A DNA stretch of 64,000 bases, from positions 64,001 through 128,000 of the forward strand of contig JAWAHS010000001.1 of the NCBI GenBank assembly GCA_038889075.1. The letters run 5' to 3'. Source of the stretch: Ignisphaera sp. Lineage in GTDB: Archaea; Thermoproteota; Thermoprotei_A; Sulfolobales; Ignisphaeraceae. A program made the position numbers and the translations under genes. Under the pieces are notes generated by a model. The model did no database searches. It worked only from the letters and a program-made list of their open reading frames with translations, and was not told the origin of the DNA. Shown piece by piece: positions 21,706 through 30,778 of this stretch (the first letter of the stretch is position 1; every line of letters starts with the position of its first letter).

Positions 21706-22479
21706 CTAGGTTTTAAATTTAGTATAGCTATAGATATCTCTATATATGTCTTTAATACCGTTTATTAGCTGGTCTATACCTATGTATACGATTCCCTCGC
21801 GAATGATCATTGCCATAGCTTCATCAGTTAGCGATGGAGCCACAATTACACCCCGTACACTAAGTCCTCTTGAAGCATAGTATTCAAGGTACCTCTTTAA
21901 TTGTAAAATTGCAGAAATCCCCGCTTTTTCATTTTTAACTTCAACTATTATTAAATTTTCCTTCTCATCTTTAAGAAGTATATCGATCTTTCCATAGGGT
22001 GTAGAAATATCTGTTCCAACCACTATAGAAGCATTTAGTATACTGCTAGGGTTTAAAACTATGAGCTTCACTATGTCAGATTCCTTACCCATTATTAATA
22101 ATTTTGACGTTACTATATTGCATATTTTAATGAAATCTACTTTAATGAAATCAATTAATAGTTCTTCATGTGGATTAGTTCTATACGATTTCACTTTCAA
22201 TCGGTTTTCTATGCAACTAAATAGTGATATCGATTTTGGTGGTTGCCAATTCAATGGTTCCACCTTGCTTGATTCGTGAACTAGTAGAGAACCATCTGGT
22301 TTAAGTAATACTATCCTATCACCCTCTGGGGCATAGGATACGGCTCTGCCAATATACTCTATCGCAATTCGTCCAACAATAATTATGGTACTATATCTCT
22401 TTGCATTGTTCAGCTTTTCAGCGGTCTCTTTACAATCAACAACGCTAATCTCACTACATGTATTCATAGAGATCAACAT
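21706..22479 (-). CDS. nucS: Mismatch-specific endonuclease NucS/EndoMS
   Basis: YIGRA, KPDGSLLVH, PLNWQPP, GKIDIL, VEVK, QLKRY. Confidence 0.92.
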   Translation of the reverse strand: MLISMNTCSEISVVDCKETAEKLNNAKRYSTIIIVGRIAIEYIGRAVSYAPEGDRIVLLKPDGSLLVHESSKVEPLNWQPPKSISLFSCIENRLKVKSYRTNPHEELLIDFIKVDFIKICNIVTSKLLIMGKESDIVKLIVLNPSSILNASIVVGTDISTPYGKIDILLKDEKENLIIVEVKNEKAGISAILQLKRYLEYYASRGLSVRGVIVAPSLTDEAMAMIIREGIVYIGIDQLINGIKDIYRDIYSYTKFKT

Positions 22480-23471
22480 AAGCTATTCATAATGAATTCT
22501 TTCAATATGTTCTTGAGCTTTTCCAGCGATTCATAGTTTTTTATAGTAATTGAGGCAGCTTCTTTATGTCCACCATAAACACCCTCCATCTTTTGTGGTA
22601 GCCACTGGGTTAAGTTTTTACAAAAGTCGAGTGCTTTTCCTTCAGACGATCTCACCGTTATGACAGCTTTATCCTCTTCTTCTCTCAAAAGAACTATTGG
22701 ACACCTAAACTTCTTTATATATTCTGAAGATGCTATTCCAAAGAGGCCAGCAAATATGAGCGACTCTGTAATGGTGAATGATGCTAAATGCCATCTGCAT
22801 ACTTTTTCGATTCTTTCCTCAATTTTCTTCAGTAATAATTGTAGAAGCCATTTGCTTTTCCAAAATCTCTTTTCAAATTCACTAGAATTCCAGAATTCCT
22901 CGCCATTTACAATAGCCTTTACGGATGAGATAATCAATTTTTCATTTAAAGGTTCAGTTGCTAGTACAAGCTTTATTCTATCTGCAGCATCTTGCATATT
23001 CGTATCTTCAGCGTCTCCTCCCTCACATATGTTTGCTATACTTACTAGAAATTTCTCATATGTATTGAGATTTTTTATAAGTAGATTTGAAATTACTTGA
23101 GGTGTTGACTGTACACCGTGCCAGTAAGTTTTCACCTTCATTTCAGAACCCTTAAGTGCTTCAATTGTATGTAGTGATGAAAGGTGATGGTCTATGATAA
23201 TTATGTTTGTTGATGATCGACTGAAATTTTTTGATAGTATGTCAATAATACTATCCCGTATAGCTAGGTCAAGGATAACTATCGTCTCTATACATTCCTT
23301 ACACATTCTCTTAGCTATAGTAAGTATATCCTGTTCTAGTCTCCAGGGATGTGAATATCTTAATATAATATGTGAGGGAAAGAAATCCATCAAGAAGTGC
23401 CTAATGTATAGTCCGGCGGAAATAACTCCATCACAATCGCCATGGAATATGATGACAGCCTTACCACGCAT
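22473..23471 (-). CDS. DHH/DHHA1-family phosphoesterase
   Basis: HGDCDG, ILDL, IDHH, C-terminal GGHKEAA. Confidence 0.85.
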   Translation of the reverse strand: MRGKAVIIFHGDCDGVISAGLYIRHFLMDFFPSHIILRYSHPWRLEQDILTIAKRMCKECIETIVILDLAIRDSIIDILSKNFSRSSTNIIIIDHHLSSLHTIEALKGSEMKVKTYWHGVQSTPQVISNLLIKNLNTYEKFLVSIANICEGGDAEDTNMQDAADRIKLVLATEPLNEKLIISSVKAIVNGEEFWNSSEFEKRFWKSKWLLQLLLKKIEERIEKVCRWHLASFTITESLIFAGLFGIASSEYIKKFRCPIVLLREEEDKAVITVRSSEGKALDFCKNLTQWLPQKMEGVYGGHKEAASITIKNYESLEKLKNILKEFIMNSLC

Positions 23472-23539
23472 TAAATTTCGCCATTAAAAATTCTTCTTAC
23501 AGCGTTATATATATTAATCTGCACACAAGTAGTGGTATT

Positions 23540-24622
23540 ATGAAGGGAATGCAATTAATGAATTCAACATCTTTTAATGGGTATAAGGATTACATTTCAC
23601 ATGCATTCAACATCTTGAGAAGGCAAAAGTACCATATAATAGGAAGCCATAGTGCTGTTAAGAAGTGTTATTGGGTTCATAAAGCTCTAATAGAGAGAAT
23701 GTTTTGCTACAAGGCTAAGTTTTACGGTATCGAATCTCATAGATGTATGCAATTTTCACCAGCTATTCTTTGGTGTTGGAATTACTGCTTACACTGCTGG
23801 AGGTACAGAACAGAGGATCAGAACAGTAGAATATGGATGAAACTTCCTGAGGATATAGATGATCCAAGGACTATCGTTGATATAGCTATAAAGGAACATC
23901 GGAGAACAATTAGTGGGTATAGGAGATATCCAAATGTTAATGCAGATATGTATCGGGAGGCTATGAATCCAAAACATGTAGCTATTAGCCTAACTGGCGA
24001 ACCTACACTCTATCCGAGACTTGACGAACTTATTGAAGAATTTCATAAACGTAATATCACAACCTTTCTCGTGACACGTGGAATACGACCCGAGATTCTC
24101 GCAAATCTGAAGGTTGAACCTACACAGCTCTACATATCTATTGAAGCTTTTGATGAATACAGCTATATGAAATTCAACAATCCTATATCTCCTATTCTTT
24201 GGAAAAAGACATTAGAATCGCTAGATATTCTTCCAAGCTTTACGAGCCCTACTGTAATCAGAATAACACTGGTTAAAGGATTTAACATGAATACAGAAGC
24301 TGTTGAAAAGTGGGCTAAAATGTTACTAAAGGCCTGTCCAACATTTATCGAAGTCAAGGCCTATATGCATATAGGGATGTCTATAACTAGATTAAGCCGC
24401 GATGCCATGCCTAGTCATAGTGAGGTTAAAAAGTATGCAAAGATGCTTGCTGAAGAAATTGGGTATAGTATTGCTTCAGAGAGTAGAGTTAGTAGAGTTG
24501 TACTACTTTCAAGGCTAGAGAAACCCATTATAAGATATGGCAATCCGCCCATCAATTGGTATGATATGGAAACAGTAGATGAAAAATTAGATGAGTACGG
24601 TTCGGTCCAAGAAATTATATGA
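23540..24622 (+). CDS. taw1: 4-demethylwyosine synthase Taw1/TYW1 (radical SAM)
   Basis: HSAVKKCYW, CYKAKFYGIESHRC, CWNYCLHCWR, SLTGEPTLYP, EVKAYM. Confidence 0.93.
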   Translation: MKGMQLMNSTSFNGYKDYISHAFNILRRQKYHIIGSHSAVKKCYWVHKALIERMFCYKAKFYGIESHRCMQFSPAILWCWNYCLHCWRYRTEDQNSRIWMKLPEDIDDPRTIVDIAIKEHRRTISGYRRYPNVNADMYREAMNPKHVAISLTGEPTLYPRLDELIEEFHKRNITTFLVTRGIRPEILANLKVEPTQLYISIEAFDEYSYMKFNNPISPILWKKTLESLDILPSFTSPTVIRITLVKGFNMNTEAVEKWAKMLLKACPTFIEVKAYMHIGMSITRLSRDAMPSHSEVKKYAKMLAEEIGYSIASESRVSRVVLLSRLEKPIIRYGNPPINWYDMETVDEKLDEYGSVQEII

Positions 24623-24777
24623 TCGCTATAACTTTGTGTAGCACTTTGATAAAACGAATTGATTTATTTAAGAATATAGAGTAGAACACATCTATCCATA
24701 CTTCATGTTAATTTCTACTTTTAATCTGAAGTAGATAAAATTTTAACCGAAACTGCTCCAAATTAGGTGGATAGTGA

Positions 24778-25779
24778 TTGGTACTAGGGCAGGTGAGGGT
24801 AAGCGATAATGGAGCCATCGAATTCCCGTATAACATCTGTATAGATGGCCATTCTAATGGATGTTTAACAAGAGTCGTTACACATATACATGCAGATCAC
24901 ACACTACACTTAGATAAAAGTATCATTGCAAGTAGATATGTTATTGGTACACCAATTACAGTTGAGCTATTAAACGTGTTAGGCTACAATGTACCATCCA
25001 TAAAAACCGTTCTACTGAACTATGGTGAAGCTATAAACTTTGAAGATGTTAAGCTTAAGCTTGAAGTAGCACAGCATATACCTGGAACGGCTCAAGTAGT
25101 GGTTCAAGATGGGAATTCAATTGTAGCGTATACGAGCGATTTTAAAAATCCAGGCAATGGAACCAAAATCATTAAAGATGCGGATATACTGGTTATAGAT
25201 GCTACATATGGAGATCCCAGATATTCTAGGGTAGATGAAAATCATATATGGAATGAATTCATAAAGATAGTTAGAAAACTTCTTACAGTAGCACCCATAG
25301 CTATATATGCATACTATGGAAAAGCACATGAGGTTATGAATAGATTGAGGGAAGAGGGTATTGATGCACCCTTTATTCTCTCACACCATCATTGGAAGGT
25401 GAACCAGGTATTGAGTAAATACGGCTATAATGTACGGGATACTGTTCTCTATGGTAGTAGAGAGTGTGATGAAATTAAAAGAGATGGATGGTTTATAGAA
25501 TTTCACCATGCAACGCTATTCAAATCATTCAGATCGAGAATAGGTCTATTCCACATATTTCTTACAGGTAGATTTGCAAAAACAATTATTAAACTGGATG
25601 AAGGTAATAGCTGGATTATTGGAATAAGTGGTCATGCAGATTTTAATGAACTAATTTACTATATTGATGAAGCTAAACCGAGCCTTCTCATTGTAGATGG
25701 ATTTAGAAGCAACTATGCTGAAAGGTTCGCAACCATTGTAAAAGAGAGACTTGGCCTGAGGGTTACTGTAAATCCATAG
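24778..25779 (+). CDS. MBL-fold/beta-CASP-like exonuclease
   Basis: THIHADH, HIPG, YTSDF, DATYG, SGHAD. Confidence 0.82.
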   Translation: MVLGQVRVSDNGAIEFPYNICIDGHSNGCLTRVVTHIHADHTLHLDKSIIASRYVIGTPITVELLNVLGYNVPSIKTVLLNYGEAINFEDVKLKLEVAQHIPGTAQVVVQDGNSIVAYTSDFKNPGNGTKIIKDADILVIDATYGDPRYSRVDENHIWNEFIKIVRKLLTVAPIAIYAYYGKAHEVMNRLREEGIDAPFILSHHHWKVNQVLSKYGYNVRDTVLYGSRECDEIKRDGWFIEFHHATLFKSFRSRIGLFHIFLTGRFAKTIIKLDEGNSWIIGISGHADFNELIYYIDEAKPSLLIVDGFRSNYAERFATIVKERLGLRVTVNP

Positions 25780-26067
25780 CCAGCATTGTCTTCTTATAAC
25801 TTGTTATTCTACCACGGTTTAAAATCTAGAATGACCTTTGCAAAGAGTTCTCTATTCATAAGCTAGGCATTTCGATCAGCCTTCGTGCAACGGATTTCAT
25901 TTGTTACCGAATTTCTTTAAAAAAAAAAATAGATCTCACTAGACATGATAGCTTGATAATAACGGATTATATTTACTTAGTAGAAGGAGATGGAAAGTAG
26001 CTAAGTTTATAAGAGCGACTCGTATAGTTTGCTTTACGAGTACTGCGTTAGAAAGGTGTTTGGAAAT

Positions 26068-26391
26068 ATGGAGTATATATATGCAGTACTATTATTGCAT
26101 TCAGCGAAAAAAGATATATCTGAAGGTAATATAAAGAAGATACTTGAGGCAGCAGGTATAGCTGTAGATGATATCAGGTTAAAAGCACTAGTTGCAGCTG
26201 TAAAAGAATTGAATATAGATGACGTACTCAAATCATCACTTGCAATGCCTGTAACACCCACAGTAACAGCAGCTACACCAGCTCAAACACAGCAACAGCA
26301 GCAGGTTTCCGAGACAAAAGAGGAGGAAGAGAAGAAGGAAGGAATTTCAGAAGAACAGTTAGCAGAGGGTTTAACAGCACTATTTGGTTAA
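26068..26391 (+). CDS. rpl12: Ribosomal stalk protein aP1/L12
   Basis: MEYIYAVLLLH N-terminus, acidic hinge, GLTALFG C-terminus; AGGTG RBS. Confidence 0.95.
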   Translation: MEYIYAVLLLHSAKKDISEGNIKKILEAAGIAVDDIRLKALVAAVKELNIDDVLKSSLAMPVTPTVTAATPAQTQQQQQVSETKEEEEKKEGISEEQLAEGLTALFG

Positions 26392-26453
26392 CGCATCAAC
26401 ATCCGTCCAATATAAGAAGAAAATCTTTATAGAATGAAAACATCAAAGGTATT

Positions 26454-29201
26454 ATGATGAGTAGAACCATCAACGATTCAATATATAGAGTCAGACTATT
26501 TAAGGAAAAATATTTAAGGAATAAATGCAGAAAATGTGGAGCATATTTTTGGAGTATTAAAGCTAGAGAAGATTGTAATGATGCTCCCTGCAGCGATTAC
26601 ACATTTTTCAATATACCAGTTAAGAGAGTATTAAGCTATAGGGATACTAAAAATATCTTTTTAGGTTTTTTCAATAGATATGGACACGAGATTATAGAAC
26701 CAAGACCTGTTGTAGCTAGATGGAGAGAGGATCTATATCTTACAATAGCGAGCATTGTTGTATTTCAACCCCATGTTACATCCGGACTGGTTCCCCCACC
26801 AGCCAATCCATTAGTAATAGCGCAACCATGTATAAGGCTAGAGGATATAGACTCTGTTGGACTGACCATTGGCAGACATTTGACGAATTTCATAATGGGT
26901 GGCCATCACGCATTCAACTATAAAGATAAACACATCTACTGGACTGATGAAACAGTTGAATATGCAAAGCAATTCTTCGTCGAAGAGATAGGGGTTCCTG
27001 AGGAAGAGATAGTATTCAAAGAATCGTGGTGGGAGGGTGGAGGTAATGCTGGACCATGCTTCGAAGTAGCCATAGGTGGTCTTGAAGTAGCTACTCTCGT
27101 ATTTATGATGTATCGAGTTGATGGCTCTAACTATGTAGAGATGCCTCTTAAGATTGTCGATACTGGATATGGAATTGAGAGAATAGCATGGTTTACACAG
27201 AAAACTCCTACAGCATTTCATGCCGTATATGAAGATCTTGTAGGAGAATTCCATAGGCTTTTAAATATACCAGAGCCTGATAGGGAAATACTCTATGAGT
27301 TTTCTAGGAGAGCTGGTAAAATAAAACCTGACGATCCAACAACTATAGATATTATTTTTGTTGAAATTGGTGAAGCTATGGGAGTTAAAAGGAGTTTAAT
27401 TGAGGATCAGATAAGACCCGTATTTGATCTATATGCCATCCTTGATCATACTAAGACCATATCGCTGATGCTTTCGGATGGCATAGTTCCTTCAAATAGT
27501 GGTGAAGGTTATCTAGCTAGACTTGTTATTAGAAGGGTACTAAGAAGATTAAGTAGGCTACGTAATGATGTACCGTTAATTGATCTTGTTAATAGACAAT
27601 TGAATTTCTGGGGAGATATGTATCCAAGGATGATAAAAAATAGGGAAAGGATAAAGGAAATTATAGAACTTGAGGAGGAGAAGTATAGAGAAACGCTATC
27701 AAGAGTTTCGACGGTAGCGAGTAGGTATTCGAAGAGAAGTCCTACGATCGAAGATTTAGTTGAACTATACGATTCTTATGGAATACCACCGGACGTAATT
27801 AGTAGTGAACTTAAGAAGAGATATGGTGTGGTAGTAGAGGTTCCACAAAATTTCTATTCAATCGTCGCATCCAAACATAGTAGGCCAAAAATTGTTAGAG
27901 AAAAAGAATATGAAATAGGAAAGCTACCTGAATATGTAATTAACTGGGCTTCGAAATTCCCAGAAACTAGAAGGATATTTCACGAAGACTCTTATCAGAG
28001 AGTCTTCAAGGCTAAGGTGCTGGGAGTTCTAGACAAAAGATATGTAGTTCTAGATTCGACAGCATTCTATCCTGAAGGAGGAGGCCAGATAGGAGATAAG
28101 GGGGTATTGATAGCAGGTTCTAAGAGTTATAGGGTTGTAGAAACTAGGAAGATAGACGGTGTGGTAGTACATATTGTAGATGATGGTGATGGTATTTCTG
28201 AAAATATGGAGGTTATTGGTGAAATAGATTGGGGTACTAGATATAGGAGGATGAGGCACCATACAGCTACGCATATACTGTTAGGAGCTCTTAGAAGGGT
28301 TTTAGGAGAACACATCTGGCAGGCAGGTGCTGAAAAAACAGAATTCAAGGCTAGATTAGATGTAACACACTATAAACTTCCTTCCAATACCGAGATTAAG
28401 GAAATTGAAAGATTGGCCAACAACGTAGTTGATAGTGCTATTGATGTTAGAATAAGCTACCTACCTAAAAATACAGCTGAGAATCTATACGGGTTTACAT
28501 TATACCAGGGAGGGGTGCCTCTGACGCCAGTGATAAGGGTTGTTGAGATACCCAATTGGGATGCGGAGGCCTGCTTTGGTACACATGTTAGAAATACTAG
28601 TGAAGTTGGTGGCATAAAGATAGTGAATGTTGAAAAAATTGCAGATGGTGTAGTAAGATTTGAATATGTGGTAGCAACAGCATTGGTAGAACATGTTAGA
28701 GGTCTTGAAGAGAGATTGAAGGATATTGCTGATAAGATTGGTGCTAGCATGTATGATGTTAGTAAGAGGGTAGATACATTAACCAAAGAGCTGAGCAATC
28801 TAAAGAATATGCTGAGGATGTATAGAGAGAAGTATGTAAGTGAGCTTCTTCAGCAAATAGCTGACAAGGCTGTAGATATGGGATTAGCTAGATTCCATCT
28901 ACTTAAGTTAAATATGGATGATAAGGAAATGTTGAGAGAGCTATTGGTTAAAGCAGTAGCTAAAGAACCTAGGCTGGCTATATTAGCAATAGTTCCTCAG
29001 AATGGTAAGACATATATAGAGGTATCCCTTGGATCAGAGGCGCAGAAAAACATTAATGCAAAAGACATAGTATCAGAGATATCAAAGTATACGAATATTA
29101 GAGCTGGTGGAAAGAAGGATCATGTAACAGGCATTATAGAATCGGATATAGATGCTGCAGAAAAGATTATACAGAAAGCAATCCAGAAATACAGAAAATA
29201 A
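26454..29201 (+). CDS. alaS: Alanine-tRNA ligase
   Basis: VARWREDLYLTIASI, WEGGGNAGP, DTGYGIER, editing HHTATH/CFGTH, DHHA1 GGKKD. Confidence 0.97.
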   Translation: MMSRTINDSIYRVRLFKEKYLRNKCRKCGAYFWSIKAREDCNDAPCSDYTFFNIPVKRVLSYRDTKNIFLGFFNRYGHEIIEPRPVVARWREDLYLTIASIVVFQPHVTSGLVPPPANPLVIAQPCIRLEDIDSVGLTIGRHLTNFIMGGHHAFNYKDKHIYWTDETVEYAKQFFVEEIGVPEEEIVFKESWWEGGGNAGPCFEVAIGGLEVATLVFMMYRVDGSNYVEMPLKIVDTGYGIERIAWFTQKTPTAFHAVYEDLVGEFHRLLNIPEPDREILYEFSRRAGKIKPDDPTTIDIIFVEIGEAMGVKRSLIEDQIRPVFDLYAILDHTKTISLMLSDGIVPSNSGEGYLARLVIRRVLRRLSRLRNDVPLIDLVNRQLNFWGDMYPRMIKNRERIKEIIELEEEKYRETLSRVSTVASRYSKRSPTIEDLVELYDSYGIPPDVISSELKKRYGVVVEVPQNFYSIVASKHSRPKIVREKEYEIGKLPEYVINWASKFPETRRIFHEDSYQRVFKAKVLGVLDKRYVVLDSTAFYPEGGGQIGDKGVLIAGSKSYRVVETRKIDGVVVHIVDDGDGISENMEVIGEIDWGTRYRRMRHHTATHILLGALRRVLGEHIWQAGAEKTEFKARLDVTHYKLPSNTEIKEIERLANNVVDSAIDVRISYLPKNTAENLYGFTLYQGGVPLTPVIRVVEIPNWDAEACFGTHVRNTSEVGGIKIVNVEKIADGVVRFEYVVATALVEHVRGLEERLKDIADKIGASMYDVSKRVDTLTKELSNLKNMLRMYREKYVSELLQQIADKAVDMGLARFHLLKLNMDDKEMLRELLVKAVAKEPRLAILAIVPQNGKTYIEVSLGSEAQKNINAKDIVSEISKYTNIRAGGKKDHVTGIIESDIDAAEKIIQKAIQKYRK

Positions 29202-29242
29202 AACACACAAACCTAAAAACTCCTGCAAATAGACAGCTAATT

Positions 29243-29320
29243 GGGCCCGTAGCTCAGCCAGGACAGAGCGCTGGCCTTCTAAGCCAGTGGTCCGGGGTTC
29301 AAATCCCCGCGGGCCCGCCA
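29243..29320 (+). tRNA. tRNA-Arg(TCT), intronless, CCA encoded
   Basis: GGGCCCG acceptor stem, CTGGC-CTTCTAA-GCCAG anticodon arm, GGTTCAAATCC T-loop, 3' GCCA. Confidence 0.97.
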
Positions 29321-29480
29321 CACTAAAAAGGCCCAAAAACCATTTAATCGACTGTTCTACCTCGGATCCTTGATTATAAGAGTTTATTAGAGGCCTGTCC
29401 TCTTCCCAATTCCATATAGCTGTTCATCTTCATTACAAATCCCTATGCTCTATAAACTTCAGTTCCTACTATACATATTG

Positions 29481-29620
29481 ATAACCCCTCGGGTGACGCT
29501 CCTGACGATGGGAGCGGAAGGACTTCCTGTACTCGCTTGAGAAGACCGTCGAGAAGCAGATGGTGTGGAGACTTGATATCAGAGAACAACATGAAGGTCT
29601 TGAGTTATCATCTGATGAGA
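29481..29620 (+). ncRNA. Candidate structured non-coding RNA
   Basis: GC-rich intergenic island; stems CGCTCC/GGAGCG (29497-29516) and CAGATGGTG/TATCATCTG (29557-29614); TATAAA at 29451; strand not certain. Confidence 0.35.
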
Positions 29621-29742
29621 AACGTTAACTAGAATTGGTCTGCATTTATCGTAATAGCTTCTCGAACTCGCATTCTCCATGATAAATATTGTAGAGGCAG
29701 AAAAATTTTAGAGCAAGAGAGCTGGAAATTATTAGCCTGGTA

Positions 29743-30396
29743 ATGACTATGCGTCTAGTTTTTATAGGACCTCCGGGTGTGGGAAAGGGTACCTATGCTA
29801 AAATGATTTCAGGAAAGTACAAAATTCCTCATATATCTACTGGAGATATTTTTAGAGAAGAAATGGCTAAAGCATCAGAGATCGGCCTAAAGGTAAAATA
29901 CTATGTTGAGAGAGGCTTGCTAGTCCCAGATGACATCGTTATAGAGGTGGTAAGAAACGTTCTACAGAGACCTGAATGTAAGAGAGGATTTATATTGGAC
30001 GGCTTTCCGAGGACAGTGAGACAAGCTGAGGAGCTAGATAAGATAACAGTATTGGATGCGGCGCTTCTCTTCGATGCACCTATTCAAATCATTATAGAGA
30101 GGGTATCGGGGAGGCTTGTATGTCCAAACTGTGGTGCAATATATAATATTTCTTGGAAGCCGCCCAAAAAACCTGGAATATGTGATGTATGTGGGTCGGC
30201 ACTTATTAGAAGAAAGGATGACGAACCAGATGTGATTAGAGCAAGATATGAAATATATCGTCAAACATTTGCACCAGTGATAGAATACTATAGGGATAAG
30301 GGAATATTAATTGAAGTTTATGCAGGACGCGAAGCACCAGAAGTTGTAAGTGAGGTGGAGAAAATATTGAGAGAAAAGAAAATCATAATAGAGTAG
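29743..30396 (+). CDS. adk: Adenylate kinase, bacterial-type with Zn lid
   Basis: GPPGVGKGT, HISTGDIFR, FILDGFPRT, CPNC..CDVC lid, RKDD. Confidence 0.93.
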   Translation: MTMRLVFIGPPGVGKGTYAKMISGKYKIPHISTGDIFREEMAKASEIGLKVKYYVERGLLVPDDIVIEVVRNVLQRPECKRGFILDGFPRTVRQAEELDKITVLDAALLFDAPIQIIIERVSGRLVCPNCGAIYNISWKPPKKPGICDVCGSALIRRKDDEPDVIRARYEIYRQTFAPVIEYYRDKGILIEVYAGREAPEVVSEVEKILREKKIIIE

Positions 30397-30473
30397 AATA
30401 TTTTACTTAGAAATGGTATTACGCAAGTCCTTTGGATGCAATGCTATCAGTAGAAGGAAATTAGGGAGTTGAA

Positions 30474-30707
30474 CTGCAACTGAACAATTTATCTCTAAAT
30501 AAAGAAAGGAGGAATGCATTTAAACCTGTTATAGATTATATAATATGCAATAATTGCACAACGTGTATCGATCTCTGCAAATATAAAGCTATATATATCG
30601 ATAGCGTTGATGGATACGTAAAGATGGACTATGCCAAATGTAAGGAATGTGGAATATGTGTGAAGGTATGCCCATATGGGGCAATAAAGTATTATAGAAA
30701 GAAATGA
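30474..30707 (+). CDS. 2[4Fe-4S] ferredoxin (PorD-like), putative CTG start; missing from the ORF track
   Basis: Own translation: ...AFKPVIDYIICNNCTTCIDLCKYKAI...DYAKCKECGICVKVCPYGAI; TAG at 30462 closes the frame upstream with no ATG/GTG/TTG before the first Cys motif. Confidence 0.8.
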   Translation: MQLNNLSLNKERRNAFKPVIDYIICNNCTTCIDLCKYKAIYIDSVDGYVKMDYAKCKECGICVKVCPYGAIKYYRKK

Positions 30708-30715
30708 AAATGCGA

Positions 30716-30769
30716 TCAGTGGGTGCCGACAACATCATTTAGTGTCAGTGCGGACTAACTACTCATCAC
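30716..30769 (-). ncRNA. C/D-box guide sRNA
   Basis: Minus strand reads GTGATGA-gtagttagtccgca-CTGA-cactaa-ATGATGT-tgtcggcaccca-CTGA; directly downstream of the lhr stop. Confidence 0.85.
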
Positions 30770-30778
30770 ATCCTCTAT

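Noticed and set aside
25800-25930. Short minus-strand frames (MKSVARRLIEMPSL, MNRELFAKVILDFKPW) and an A11 run
   Set aside because: Too short and interrupted to assign; may be a decayed gene or a terminator
29082-29336. 84-aa minus-strand ORF
   Set aside because: Antisense shadow of tRNA-Arg and the alaS 3' end
29490-29532. Minus-strand AGGAAGTCC resembling the RNase P RNA P4 5' strand
   Set aside because: The downstream sequence is AT-rich and the matching 3' P4 strand is absent
29502-29622. Hammerhead-like cores CTGACGA (29502) and CTGATGAGAAAC (29612)
   Set aside because: No stem II between CUGANGA and GAAA, and no closing stems I/III
29290-29742. Possible integrated element at the tRNA-Arg 3' end
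   Set aside because: No integrase and no duplicated tRNA 3' end seen in the window
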